A stretch of 64,000 nucleotides of DNA. Source: a bacterium (lineage in GTDB: Bacteria > Margulisbacteria > Marinamargulisbacteria > GCA-2716485 > JAYNIM01). Below, in pieces: positions 51,424 through 61,723 of this stretch. The stretch covers positions 395,365 to 459,364 of the forward strand of contig JAYNIM010000001.1 in NCBI GenBank assembly GCA_038109055.1. The letters run 5' to 3'. Made by a program: the position numbers and the translations under genes. The notes below the pieces were generated by a model, which was given only the letters and a program-made list of their open reading frames with translations, had not been told where the DNA came from and searched no databases. The number at the start of each line of letters is the position of its first letter. Position 1 is the first letter of the stretch.

Positions 51424-54133
51424 ACGCCATCCAGTTTAAATTTAGAAGCTTATCGATATCTTTAGCTGCCATAATTTGCTTATTGACCTTATTATCAGCT
51501 AACACAAATACTTTAGCTCCATTTTTTATACTGTGCTTCTGCTTAAGATCGTCACGGCTAATTCCGTACAATTTTGGCACGCCAAAAAAGTACTTTTTAA
51601 GATACATCTCTATTCCAATGGTATTATTCCTAAAAATATTTTTTTCGATGATCGTTTGAGAATTATCTTTAATTGTAATAGCGGATCTATTATTATCAAA
51701 TATGTTTTTTGATACGTATACTTTAGAACTTTCACCCACAGACATTCCCTTATCTAAAAATCCAGATATATAACAGTCTTTTACAATGATCTCCGCACCG
51801 CTAAGATCAAGCCCATCACCGTTAGGTTTTTGATTCGGAATTTTGGTTCCGGTGAATTTAAAGGTTGTATTGCTAACATGTCCATGTGACACATCTAAGT
51901 CTAGCTGATCAGCACTATTATCTAAAAAAGTATTATTTTTTAAATTTATTTTAGCATATTTTATATTTACCCCATCATCAGCAAAATTATGATGAATATT
52001 ACTGTGTTGAATACTGACATATTTATGTGAATATAATGATAGTGCCCCGCTTAAAAACTTTCCATTTACGGTTGCTTCACTCCCTCCAGAAATATCTAAA
52101 TAAGAAATTTCGCATTGGGTGGAATGTCTATCCCCTACCATTGCAACGACCCCAAAAGGATCTTTTCCTTGTTGATTTTGAATAACAATTGGGCTTTCTT
52201 TTGTTCCTCGTAGTTGTGTATTACCCTGAAATAATAGTGAGACACTAGGTCCCAAGGTGATGGTAACGCCTTCTTCTAGGGCTACTGCCACACCATGTGG
52301 AAAAACAATGGTTTTGGTTATTAGGTATGATCCTTTTTTGATCAAAATTTGTTTGTATCCTAATTTCACCATTGATAATTCTGGCGTATTTTTCATAAAA
52401 GATGTTATGTCAGTTACACGATGCTCTTTGCTTGAAAATCCAACTTCCTGACCAACATATGTGTGAATATTATTATCTTTGACTGGATGATTTGTGAGTG
52501 TATTTTTAAAGGTAATGGTTGTATTTTTCAACTTATATCCTTTTGGAAGGTCTAAAATCTCATACTTATATCGTCTTTTTTCAATATCTAGTTCTTCAGT
52601 CAACCCTAATTGATACAAGTGTGTGCTGAAAAATGAACTTAAATCTTGTGTTTTAGATTTTATTGGAAATCGGATAGTGCTTATTTTTTTTGTTTGCAGG
52701 TCTTTAATTCGTACTCTCCTTAGAGGTTGATTGCCCTCTAAAATAAAAGCGGTATTTTGAATTGCTGCGTTGCTATCTGGAACAATTTCTAGTCTTAGTT
52801 TGTTATTGTCTGGCCAAATATTTACATACATCATTGTGTAATTTAGGTAATGTTTTAATTTTGAAATATTATTTAAGATAATAGATTTTTCCTTATCTGC
52901 TTGTTTCTTATAATATTGTTCTTTTGGATCAATAGTTATCAGTGGAACAAACTCATTATAAACATTGTCAACAGTTTCTCGAATAAATGTCTCATCTTTT
53001 AAAAATTCAGCAATATATTTATTCCTTAAATTTCGATATGTATCAGACTCTATTAACTTTTTAAAAATAATATTGTTATCGTATTTATTTTTAAACATGT
53101 TATATCTATTGCCATAACTATACAGTTTCTTTTCAAAATTTGCTGCATAATTGTCGTATATTAATTCGTTCGCAGCTTCTATTCTAAGAAATGGAAAAAA
53201 TTTGCTGTTAGATGTGTTATATAAAAGCCGCATATTATCGCCGGAAAAAACATGTGAATTGCCATAAAATGTACGTAACGCATCTAACTTAGCGGTAAGA
53301 GGAATGTCCATGTGTACTGAAAGACTTTCATATGATGGCTGAGTGTACAACTGCCTATATCTCTCGAGTTGCCCCACTTGTTTTCCCGAAAAGTTCCTAA
53401 GTAAGGTATTTGAAAGTTCATTAATAAACGGAGTAATGTGTGTCTCATTATATTGATGTCCCCATGATTCTTTTGATTTGATTAAATCAACACCAGCCAT
53501 ATTGTTTTTCTCTAATAATGTTTTAGATAATTTTTCTTCTACTAAATAAAGGCCTTGATTAATCCCGTTAATCTTCAACTGACATAAAAATATATCGATA
53601 TCCCAACCAATAAAGTGTTTTAAAATTCGATAATTCACCAGTGTTGATAAGGGTAGTTGAGTGGGGATAATAAAAGAAAATCGTTTCATTTTTTTATGAT
53701 ACTGATCTTTTCTTAGTTTGATTGCATAGGATTTCTTTTCATCTAAATAATGGGAGCCATGCAATTTTATTTTTGCCTTTATCTCCTTTTCGTTAATATA
53801 TATCTTACATTTTTGATAGCTATTTTCACTGTTGTTGTGATTATCAATGTATATTCGATGAAAGGGATTTTTATTGTATTTATTTGCTGCAAGAGTAATT
53901 GTATCCTTCATATTGGCATAAGCCTTTTTAGGAAGTTTAATTGAATAAGTTGGAATTGATGTTAACTTATATTTTAAAATAAATGTTCTTAGTTCTGTTG
54001 ATATAAATCTATATAGTTGGATTGGAGGAGCGCCTTTCACGTGACAGATACTTATTACAAGTACAGAAAAGAAGGTCATTCCAGATATCAATAAAATATA
54101 TCCTATTAGAAATATCTTTTTGAATTTATTCAT
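51416..54133 (-). CDS. Membrane-anchored CotH-kinase-like protein with C-terminal right-handed beta-helix
   Basis: N-terminal TM; KIKLHG...KKSYAIKL; NGINQGLYLVEE; repeats DDGVNIK, DQLDLD, DGLDLSG, DKGMSVGE. Confidence 0.78.
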   Translation of the reverse strand: MNKFKKIFLIGYILLISGMTFFSVLVISICHVKGAPPIQLYRFISTELRTFILKYKLTSIPTYSIKLPKKAYANMKDTITLAANKYNKNPFHRIYIDNHNNSENSYQKCKIYINEKEIKAKIKLHGSHYLDEKKSYAIKLRKDQYHKKMKRFSFIIPTQLPLSTLVNYRILKHFIGWDIDIFLCQLKINGINQGLYLVEEKLSKTLLEKNNMAGVDLIKSKESWGHQYNETHITPFINELSNTLLRNFSGKQVGQLERYRQLYTQPSYESLSVHMDIPLTAKLDALRTFYGNSHVFSGDNMRLLYNTSNSKFFPFLRIEAANELIYDNYAANFEKKLYSYGNRYNMFKNKYDNNIIFKKLIESDTYRNLRNKYIAEFLKDETFIRETVDNVYNEFVPLITIDPKEQYYKKQADKEKSIILNNISKLKHYLNYTMMYVNIWPDNNKLRLEIVPDSNAAIQNTAFILEGNQPLRRVRIKDLQTKKISTIRFPIKSKTQDLSSFFSTHLYQLGLTEELDIEKRRYKYEILDLPKGYKLKNTTITFKNTLTNHPVKDNNIHTYVGQEVGFSSKEHRVTDITSFMKNTPELSMVKLGYKQILIKKGSYLITKTIVFPHGVAVALEEGVTITLGPSVSLLFQGNTQLRGTKESPIVIQNQQGKDPFGVVAMVGDRHSTQCEISYLDISGGSEATVNGKFLSGALSLYSHKYVSIQHSNIHHNFADDGVNIKYAKINLKNNTFLDNSADQLDLDVSHGHVSNTTFKFTGTKIPNQKPNGDGLDLSGAEIIVKDCYISGFLDKGMSVGESSKVYVSKNIFDNNRSAITIKDNSQTIIEKNIFRNNTIGIEMYLKKYFFGVPKLYGISRDDLKQKHSIKNGAKVFVLADNKVNKQIMAAKDIDKLLNLNWMAYD

Positions 54134-54394
54134 TTATTTTCTATTCCTTTTATTTTTTTAGAGATGTACAGAACTCTTTGCACTTTAATACATCTTAATT
54201 TTTAATTGTCTGTTTTTTTATTTTATTTGTCTAGCTATTCTTTGAATACTTAGTTAAGAAAGCTGACCATACAAAATCAAGCTATTTTTTTAGAGTATGT
54301 ATTAGGCACTCTTCCTTTATATAATTTATTCCAACTTAAAATCGATAGCAAAGCATATCTTAAGTAACCAATCCATGATCTGAATTTATTGTAG

Positions 54395-54522
54395 ACATCA
54401 ATCATCTATAATAATACTCTGATCTATTATGAACTTTTAACCTTCTGATAACAAAAATTAAACACTACTCAATAAATCTTCCGAATTTAACATTCCTTTA
54501 CGATTACAATTTTTTCTAAATA
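54395..54522 (-). pseudogene. 3' remnant of an SDR paralogous to the 56590 gene
   Basis: CNRKGMLNSEDLLSSV*FLLSEG*KFIIDQSIIIDD* versus intact CNYKGMLNPEDLFSSILFLLSDNSKYITGQNIIIDDG. Confidence 0.8.
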
Positions 54523-54554
54523 TATATCTGAAGTTCATGTACGTGCATCAATTG

Positions 54555-54860
54555 TATTTGAAATATAGTTGGGCATTATATTGTGCTGCATTAGAGACAA
54601 CCATAATATTAATGAGCTTCTTTTACCAACTCTTCTAGTGACACTTTGTTAACCCCATTTTACGAAGTTTTAGATCTTTAACATCTCTTAAGAACAAATA
54701 TTTTCTGTCATTCTCAAAATCAAGGTCTTGCTGCATCTCAAACTGCTTTAATTATCCCGTTATAAACTAATACGCTTTTTAGGGGAATACTTCGCAACAA
54801 TATATTTTACAGATACTTTCCCAAACAAGCTATTATCCCAGTGATTAAAATTGTAAAATC
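54555..54860 (-). pseudogene. pseB: 5' remnant of a PseB-like UDP-GlcNAc 4,6-dehydratase
   Basis: Across frameshifts and stops: TILITG / FGKVSVKYIVAKYSPKKRISL*RD / LKQFEMQQ...LRDVKD / AAQYN, matching PseB ILITGGTGSFG...YSRDELKQFEM...GDVRD...AAEYN. Confidence 0.7.
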
Positions 54861-54873
54861 AATATGAATAACG

Positions 54874-56218
54874 TTATCCTTTGATATTTTTTAGTATGAC
54901 TTGATTATATCTTTGTACAGTTTTCCCATCAAATACCTCATCCTTTGAAAGAAGGTTTTGATCATATTTAAAATCTGTTTCTTCAATTAATTTTTTACTG
55001 ATAACATTTTCTAACTTATTTTTCACTTTAACTATTTCAATATTTTCTATGCGCATATACATGTCTGAATTTAAATTATAAAAATCTACAATGATACTGG
55101 GAATGCCATAATAAATAGCCCATGTAACTGTAGAAGAAAATGTGCCAATAAATAAATCAGAGATACATAATGTGCTAGCTAAATCTTCTATCAAAATTTT
55201 GCACTTATATTTCTTTTCTAGAAATACATATTCTTTTTTTATTCATTTTTGGATGTAATGATAACAGTATATTTTGCCCAGACTGTACTAATTTATCAAC
55301 AAGAAAATGAATTTCTTCCCAATGTTTTTTTTCTGATAATATATGATGCTCTTTTAGTTGTGGCAAAGAGCAAATAATCACTTTTTTTTCATTATTTATA
55401 TTATATTTATTTCTTAATTTTTCTTTATTTGATTTATTATTGCTATAAAAAAGAGTATCATTCATTACATCCCCAACAATTACTAGCTTATCTTTATTTA
55501 CTTTGTTTCTTTTATATCTTTCCGCAGTATCTCGATGATCAACACACACCACATCTAAAAGTCCCCCACCAATATACCAAGGAAAGGTTGATAATGTGCT
55601 AAACCATTTAAGTGCTAAAAATTGAGACGGTTTATAAAAATTGTAATATGCATTTTGAAAAAACCAGAATCTATCAGGGCATTTAAAAAATAGATAGTGA
55701 AAAATTATTGGACTATACCATTTTTTTTTGTATATATACGAACTTTTAGTACAACTATCTGCATCTGAATAAGCCATGTATGGAGATAGTGTTTTTATCT
55801 GAAGACTTTTAGCTATTTTAATCACAACTTGTTCTATATTGGTATGACGGTCACCATTTAAAAAAATTAAATGAAATTTTTCTTCTTTTATTTTTGGATA
55901 TAAATATAAATATTGTTTATTTAAGTTCTTAAGTTCAAAAAAGGCATCAATCCATAAGCTAATTGAAAAGAATATTCTTCTTATAATTTTCACTATCAGG
56001 CTAAATCTTACAAATCTAATGCATCTATAGACAATTGTTGATGGATATTCTACATTACCTATAATAATTTTTTACTTAGAAAACTTATGTGTACTATCTT
56101 CTAACAAAATTGTAAATTTTAACCTTGGATTTATTTTTTCTAGGTTTCTTATAAAAGATATTTGCGCATCAAATCGTTGTGGCATATTCCCTACCACAAG
56201 TATTTTTATTTGCTTCAT
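54874..56218 (-). pseudogene. Disrupted paralog of the 59004-60341 transferase-like gene (joins track ORFs 55205-55993 and 54874-55194)
   Basis: ATG 56218 MKQIKILVVGNMPQR...; in-frame TAA at 56072-56074; +1 frameshift in the A7 run at 55234-55240 (A6 restores ...MNKKEYVFLEKKYKCKILIEDLA); shares NGDRH, PWYIG.GL.DVVC, LSLHPKM, VFDGK..QRY. Confidence 0.85.
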
Positions 56219-56230
56219 GTTTACATGGGT

Positions 56231-56383
56231 CTAATCATCTAGTCCATCTTTATTTACGGTATGCCTAAGTTTAAATTCGCCTTTACTATCTCTCCCCCAT
56301 ATATGAGGAGATCTAAATTTATCACAAAGCTCCATAAACTATTTTGGCTCTATTTCTAAATAATCCATAATTTCTTTGAAATA
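56231..56383 (-). pseudogene. 3' remnant of a second N-acetyl sugar amidotransferase (paralog of 60431-61723)
   Basis: YFKEIMDYLEIEPK*FMELCDKFRSPHIWGRDSKGEFKLRHTVNKDGLDD* versus intact YFNEFLEYISMNTEEFHDLCDTFRSPHLWKKESSGWKLRHTVNKDGVDD. Confidence 0.85.
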
Positions 56384-56589
56384 TATACGTATTTCTTTGT
56401 TTTAATCATTGTTGAGAATACTTTATTCGAAAGGAGGCAAAAAACCTATTACGTAAATACTTTTCTCATTACAGTAGTATAAAATATTTTTTAAATCTTG
56501 AACGGGCGAAACTAAAAAAATATATTGAGCAAATTATTGTTATAAAGATTATATATTCAATTGAATTAAATAACATATGTTAGTTTTAT

Positions 56590-57342
56590 CTAAACACTCC
56601 AGCCATCATCTATAATAATATTTTGACCAGTAATATATTTAGAATTATCTGATAATAAAAATAATATACTACTAAATAAATCTTCTGGATTTAACATTCC
56701 TTTATAATTACAGTGACTTTTGTATTTATTTAAAAAACTTTCTGGCTGTTTATCTAAAACACCTCCTGGACTAATTCCATTAACTTGAATATTTTTTCCT
56801 TTATAATACTTTGCTAAGTACTTTACAACTGCGTTTATCCCTGATTTTATTGCACTATATTCTATTGGAGATGTCATCTCTGTTCCTTCGTATATATCAA
56901 ACTTTGGAGTAAAGGTTCCATAAATTGACGAAAAATGTATTAAGTTACCTGAGCCCTTTTTCTCGAAATAGGTAAGTATCTGTTGTGAGAATAAAATAGC
57001 GCTACCTAATTGACCATATAAGTCTGTCTTTAGAGACTCTTCCTCTAATTCCTCAAAACGTACTCCCCACGTTTTTGACCTTGGATATGCACAGTGTATA
57101 GCTGCATCAATCTTTCCAAAGTGAGAATCTGCTTTTTCAATACTTACCGCTATATCTTTTTTTTTTGTGATATCAGTTTTGACAAATAAAGAATTACTAC
57201 CCATATCTTTTTCCATTTGCATACCAACATTTGTATTCATATCACATAAAATAAGTTTCGCTTTTTGTTTAGATAAAAACTCTGAAATGCTTTTTCCTAT
57301 TAAACCAGCTGCTCCTGTCACTAAAATAACTTTATCTTTCAT
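56590..57342 (-). CDS. SDR oxidoreductase, PtmA-like
   Basis: TGAAGLIG, HCAYPR, SSIYG, EYSAIKSG, ISPGG, ITGQNIIIDDG; ATG 57342 preferred. Confidence 0.85.
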   Translation of the reverse strand: MKDKVILVTGAAGLIGKSISEFLSKQKAKLILCDMNTNVGMQMEKDMGSNSLFVKTDITKKKDIAVSIEKADSHFGKIDAAIHCAYPRSKTWGVRFEELEEESLKTDLYGQLGSAILFSQQILTYFEKKGSGNLIHFSSIYGTFTPKFDIYEGTEMTSPIEYSAIKSGINAVVKYLAKYYKGKNIQVNGISPGGVLDKQPESFLNKYKSHCNYKGMLNPEDLFSSILFLLSDNSKYITGQNIIIDDGWSV

Positions 57343-58033
57343 TGAAATTTGTTCTCCTGTTATATAAAAATGCAGCGATATCAAAATCTAAAGGCGTATC
57401 AATATCGATAGCACGCTCCTCTGGGATTTCTACATACTTTACTTCGCCATCAAAGATACTTTTTTTATTTAAAATTGATTGAACATGAGCCGCATAGGCC
57501 ACCGTTGTTATATTAAATGCCTTGGGTGCATCTTGCCGTCTAACTACTGTATCTTCACTATCTAACATCAATTTTACATTATCATTTATTTTTTGAACCA
57601 TATTGAAATAAGGGGAATGATTTGTATTTGTAATCGTAATGACAAAATCTGTAGTATTATCTAAACACTCGATTGTTTTTTGAATATCATTTTTATTTCG
57701 TAATGGAGATGTTGTTGGTAAAGAAATAAATCTATCGAAATTATCATTGCATTCTTGTAAATACAAAATAGCATGCCTCCAAGCGTCATACTCAGATGCA
57801 GTATCAGTCGCTAAGTCTTGCGGTCTTTTAATGACGTCAGCTGAATACTGTTTAGCAATTTTCTCTATTTCGTCATCATCGGTAGAAACAAATACTTTTT
57901 TAATTTCACTCATGTTCTGTGCTAAAAGAATTGAATAGGCAATTAGTGGCTTTCCATTAAATAATTTAATATTTTTTCGAGGGATACCTTTTGATCCACC
58001 TCTAGCAAAGATAAATGCGTAATTCTTACTCAT
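57332..58033 (-). CDS. CMP-nonulosonate synthetase (LegF/PtmB-like)
   Basis: FIFARGGSKGIPRKN, VSTDD, LPTTSPLR, SPYFNMV, RRQD, AIDID. Confidence 0.9.
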   Translation of the reverse strand: MSKNYAFIFARGGSKGIPRKNIKLFNGKPLIAYSILLAQNMSEIKKVFVSTDDDEIEKIAKQYSADVIKRPQDLATDTASEYDAWRHAILYLQECNDNFDRFISLPTTSPLRNKNDIQKTIECLDNTTDFVITITNTNHSPYFNMVQKINDNVKLMLDSEDTVVRRQDAPKAFNITTVAYAAHVQSILNKKSIFDGEVKYVEIPEERAIDIDTPLDFDIAAFLYNRRTNFNER

Positions 58034-58991
58034 AGGTTTGATTTTTACACAAAGATATCATTCTTAGTATGTTAATACCATCATCAATAGTCACTTTTGG
58101 AATTTCTACTCCTTCTACACACTTTATAAAATGTTTAAACTGTTTCAAAAAGATATCATTTCTTTCATAATTATTTGCCTTAATTGTCACTACTTTATTA
58201 TTTTCTTCAAACGTTATTTCCTTTTTTAACAAATTACAATGTAACTCTCCATTAATAGTAACAACTCTACATAATCGTTTACTTTCTTTTCTACAAAAGT
58301 CTATATTAATTTGTATAGGATACCCCTCTTTTGATTGAGCTAGTATCACTGCATGATCCTCAACATTGATATTTAATGTATTTGAATTTCTTGTAATTGC
58401 TGAAATAATTTCAGTTAAATCAAATATCCATTTTGCATAATGTAGTTCATGACTTAACTCTAATAATACGCCACCTCCAAGCTCTTTTTTGGCTGATACA
58501 GTATTTGTATAATCTTGATCGGGCCTCCAATCAGGTAGGTATGACCCACATTCAATATGTACACTCAATATATCCCCATATACTTTAGAATCAATTAATT
58601 GTTTTAATTTCATCAAATTTGGATCATAACGGAGTGTATATCCTACCAGTAAAACTAACTTAGAGTCATATGCAATTTTTTTTAAAGCCTTTATTTGTGT
58701 AGAATCTGCACACGCTAATGGCTTTTCAATTAATAAGTGAATGCCCTCTTTAGCCAATTGTATTGCTTGATCTATATGAAATGATGCTGGTGAAGCAATA
58801 ATAGCTGCTTGTATATCTAAAGTAATAGCTTCCTCAATGGTTCTAACTAAAATAACGTTTTTTGTTGTATACTCAATTTTTTTCTTTGAACTAACAATGA
58901 CGACTTCGATATATGGAAAGTATTGACTGATAACATCAAAGTGCCTTTTACCTATACTGCCTAAGCCAATAATTCCAATTTTTTTAATCAT
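58026..58991 (-). CDS. Gfo/Idh/MocA oxidoreductase (PtmF-like)
   Basis: GLGSIGKRH, LIEKP, GSYLPDWRP, GGGVLLELSHE. Confidence 0.85.
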   Translation of the reverse strand: MIKKIGIIGLGSIGKRHFDVISQYFPYIEVVIVSSKKKIEYTTKNVILVRTIEEAITLDIQAAIIASPASFHIDQAIQLAKEGIHLLIEKPLACADSTQIKALKKIAYDSKLVLLVGYTLRYDPNLMKLKQLIDSKVYGDILSVHIECGSYLPDWRPDQDYTNTVSAKKELGGGVLLELSHELHYAKWIFDLTEIISAITRNSNTLNINVEDHAVILAQSKEGYPIQINIDFCRKESKRLCRVVTINGELHCNLLKKEITFEENNKVVTIKANNYERNDIFLKQFKHFIKCVEGVEIPKVTIDDGINILRMISLCKNQTYE

Positions 58992-59003
58992 GATTAATAA
59001 TAA

Positions 59004-60341
59004 TTATGTTTTTAAATTTTCTAGCAAATCAGAATATCTTTGAATTACCTTACCGTCAAAAACTTTATCTTTAGATAATTTCATCCAATCACTTTTAAAA
59101 TCTTTTTTAATATTAAGATTTTTTTTAATTTCATCCAAAAGTTTATTTTTATTTTTAGAAAAAGTAATATTGTCTAAACTATTAAACCAAGCACCATATA
59201 AATTATAATAGTCTAAAATAATACTATTTATTCCTAAATAAAAAGGCCATATCATAGTGGATGAATTAATTGAAAGAAATAAATCTGCTATTGGCAAACT
59301 CTCAGCTAAGCTTTCTTTCAGAATAATGCATTTATATTTTTTTTCTAAAAACCTATATTCTTCAAATTGCATTTTGGGATGTAATGATAATAAGACAGAT
59401 TCTTTGCTCTTACAGCATGTATCCACTAAAAAATTGATCTCTTCCCAATGCTCCTTTTTGGATAGTGTTTTCTGTTCTAGTAACTGAGGTAATGCACACA
59501 TAATAATTTTATTTTTAGGATTTAAATCATATTTATCAATATAGTGTTGTTTTATATTATTTTTTGATGATTCATAAAGAATTTGATGGTTAATATCACC
59601 TATTATTTTCAATTTCTCTTCAGGTACTCTATTTTCTTTATATCGATTAAATGTCATTAAACTATCAATACACACAACATCTACTAATCCATTTCCTATG
59701 TACCAAGGATACTTGCTTAAAACACCGAACCATTTTAATGCTAAAAAGATATTAGGTGTATAATAAAAATATTTTTTACTTTGGTATGTAAAAACGTGAT
59801 CTTTATAAAGAAAGAACAATAATTTAACAATTAATGGGCTATAAAACTTTAGTTGAAGTAAATACGAATTTGATATTAAACTTACATCGTCTGAAAGACA
59901 ATAATAAGGGCAGATACTTTTGATATTTAATTTTTTAGCAATTTTTAATATTACAGCTTCCGTGTTTCCGTGTCTGTCTCCGTTTAAAATAATAGCGTCA
60001 AACCTTTCTTTTTTAAATCTTACTAACAACCAATGATAATATTTTTTAAGTTCATGATATAAAAATATAGCTTCAATTAATACGCTTACAGAATAGAAAG
60101 TTCTTCTAATTAATCTTAACAAAAATGTTTGTCTTATTTCAGTAAAAAAAAAATTAAAAAACCAATTATTTCTTAATTTTTCCAATAAAATAACTTTATA
60201 TGGCATTACATCTTTAATCATAGATTCAGAGTCTATTAAAAAATAAAAATCCAAATTTTTATTATAGCTAGACAGCATTTTAACCAAATCTAACTGAACT
60301 CTTGTTCTTTGTTTCATACTGCTGTGGACTAATATTTTCAT
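59004..60341 (-). CDS. Hypothetical GT-B-like protein, candidate nonulosonate transferase
   Basis: NGDRH, IIGD, LPQL.E, LSLHPK (HP motif), ADLFLSINSST; lies inside the nonulosonate cassette. Confidence 0.6.
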   Translation of the reverse strand: MKILVHSSMKQRTRVQLDLVKMLSSYNKNLDFYFLIDSESMIKDVMPYKVILLEKLRNNWFFNFFFTEIRQTFLLRLIRRTFYSVSVLIEAIFLYHELKKYYHWLLVRFKKERFDAIILNGDRHGNTEAVILKIAKKLNIKSICPYYCLSDDVSLISNSYLLQLKFYSPLIVKLLFFLYKDHVFTYQSKKYFYYTPNIFLALKWFGVLSKYPWYIGNGLVDVVCIDSLMTFNRYKENRVPEEKLKIIGDINHQILYESSKNNIKQHYIDKYDLNPKNKIIMCALPQLLEQKTLSKKEHWEEINFLVDTCCKSKESVLLSLHPKMQFEEYRFLEKKYKCIILKESLAESLPIADLFLSINSSTMIWPFYLGINSIILDYYNLYGAWFNSLDNITFSKNKNKLLDEIKKNLNIKKDFKSDWMKLSKDKVFDGKVIQRYSDLLENLKT

Positions 60342-60430
60342 AATTAAACTCTATACTTTTTTATAAAACTTAATATGTAAATTTCACGACAATATTTTAC
60401 TAATTGATAATATTTTAAAAAATCTTTAAT

Positions 60431-61723
60431 TTAAGTATTAAATTTATCATCTACACCATCTTTATTTACCGTATGACGTAACTTCCAACCAGAGCTCTCT
60501 TTTTTCCACAAGTGAGGAGACCTAAAAGTATCACATAAGTCATGAAACTCTTCAGTATTCATACTTATATACTCTAAAAACTCATTAAAATATCTCTGAG
60601 GTAATTCTCCATCAAACTTTTTAATTAAAGCACGGCCTTCTTCAGGTGTTATTTTTTGATTACGACACTCTTGAGCTGAGTCTTGCATCGCTCTTCCCAT
60701 ACCAAATTTAATATAAGATGTGTAATAAAAATAACCATCTATTTTGTCGTCAAGACTATTATACTTTGAATATGTGCCCTCAGTACGAACAGGATTTGCT
60801 TTAAAATCTATTTTATCTACTGAGAAATAATAACACTCTTGTGGGTCCCACTTTAGATAATATCCTAAATAATGAACATCTATTTTCTTTTTCTCTTCAA
60901 TTTCACTACTCAATGGTGTGTAAGCAAGTAAGTCATTTTTCTCTACCTTGTATTTCTTAATTAACTCTTCACCAGATACTCCACCAAAAAACAATTTTTC
61001 TGGATCAGTTTCATTTTTCTCAAAACCATGCCCCGCATCATTAAATGTTCTCTCACCTGCTGTTTTAGACTTTGTTATATTTCCATACTCACCTGGCATT
61101 TCACCGTAAAAAGCGAGAGGAATATTAAATTGAGCGCACATTTTCTTTACATATGTTTTTTGCCCCATAATAAAAGGTTGAAAAGGATGTAACATATTTA
61201 TCGTTGCCAAACGCGTTAATAAGCGGTGTGTTTTTCCATTTGGTGTAAACAAGAAATTATCAAAACCGCCTTTATGAATCCAATTCTGAAAATTATTCCA
61301 CCCTACTTCTGTATATAAATGAGGTGACCATGTAACGGTAAGTGGATGCATATTATATTTATATTTCAGCATCCAAGCAGCATATACACTATCCTTGCCT
61401 CCACTTCCAGGAACAATACAATCATAAGAACCATCTTTAGATCTGTATTTATTACATAAAGCGTTTAGCTCTTCTTCGCGTTCTTTCCAATCAATATCTT
61501 TATGTTGTTTTTCTTTATGTAAACACGCAGAGCACCTTCCCTCTTCATTAAAAGGGATTGTTTTTTTCTGAGAAGACTTATTATGTAAAAACTCATTTGT
61601 AGAATTTGGACGTTGATTTGTCATATTGCAACTTGAACAAAATAAAACCTTTCTGGGTAACCCATACTTAACTTCAAGATCATTTTGATTTAGTACTAAT
61701 TTTTTATTCATTTTTTTCTCCAA
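60431..61723 (-). CDS. N-acetyl sugar amidotransferase (WbuX/PseA/PtmG family)
   Basis: CSSC...RP, CSAC, YDCIVPGSGGKDS (PP-loop), EGTYSKYNSLDDK, KFGMGRA. Confidence 0.9.
   Translation of the reverse strand: MEKKMNKKLVLNQNDLEVKYGLPRKVLFCSSCNMTNQRPNSTNEFLHNKSSQKKTIPFNEEGRCSACLHKEKQHKDIDWKEREEELNALCNKYRSKDGSYDCIVPGSGGKDSVYAAWMLKYKYNMHPLTVTWSPHLYTEVGWNNFQNWIHKGGFDNFLFTPNGKTHRLLTRLATINMLHPFQPFIMGQKTYVKKMCAQFNIPLAFYGEMPGEYGNITKSKTAGERTFNDAGHGFEKNETDPEKLFFGGVSGEELIKKYKVEKNDLLAYTPLSSEIEEKKKIDVHYLGYYLKWDPQECYYFSVDKIDFKANPVRTEGTYSKYNSLDDKIDGYFYYTSYIKFGMGRAMQDSAQECRNQKITPEEGRALIKKFDGELPQRYFNEFLEYISMNTEEFHDLCDTFRSPHLWKKESSGWKLRHTVNKDGVDDKFNT

Noticed and set aside
55234..55240. A7 tract as a phase-variation switch
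   Set aside because: The run is short for such AT-rich DNA, and the gene also has an upstream nonsense codon, so slippage alone would not restore it.
56435..56515. Short frame VSPVQDLKNILYYCNEKSIYVIGFLPPFE*
   Set aside because: Looks coding-like but is too short to assign.
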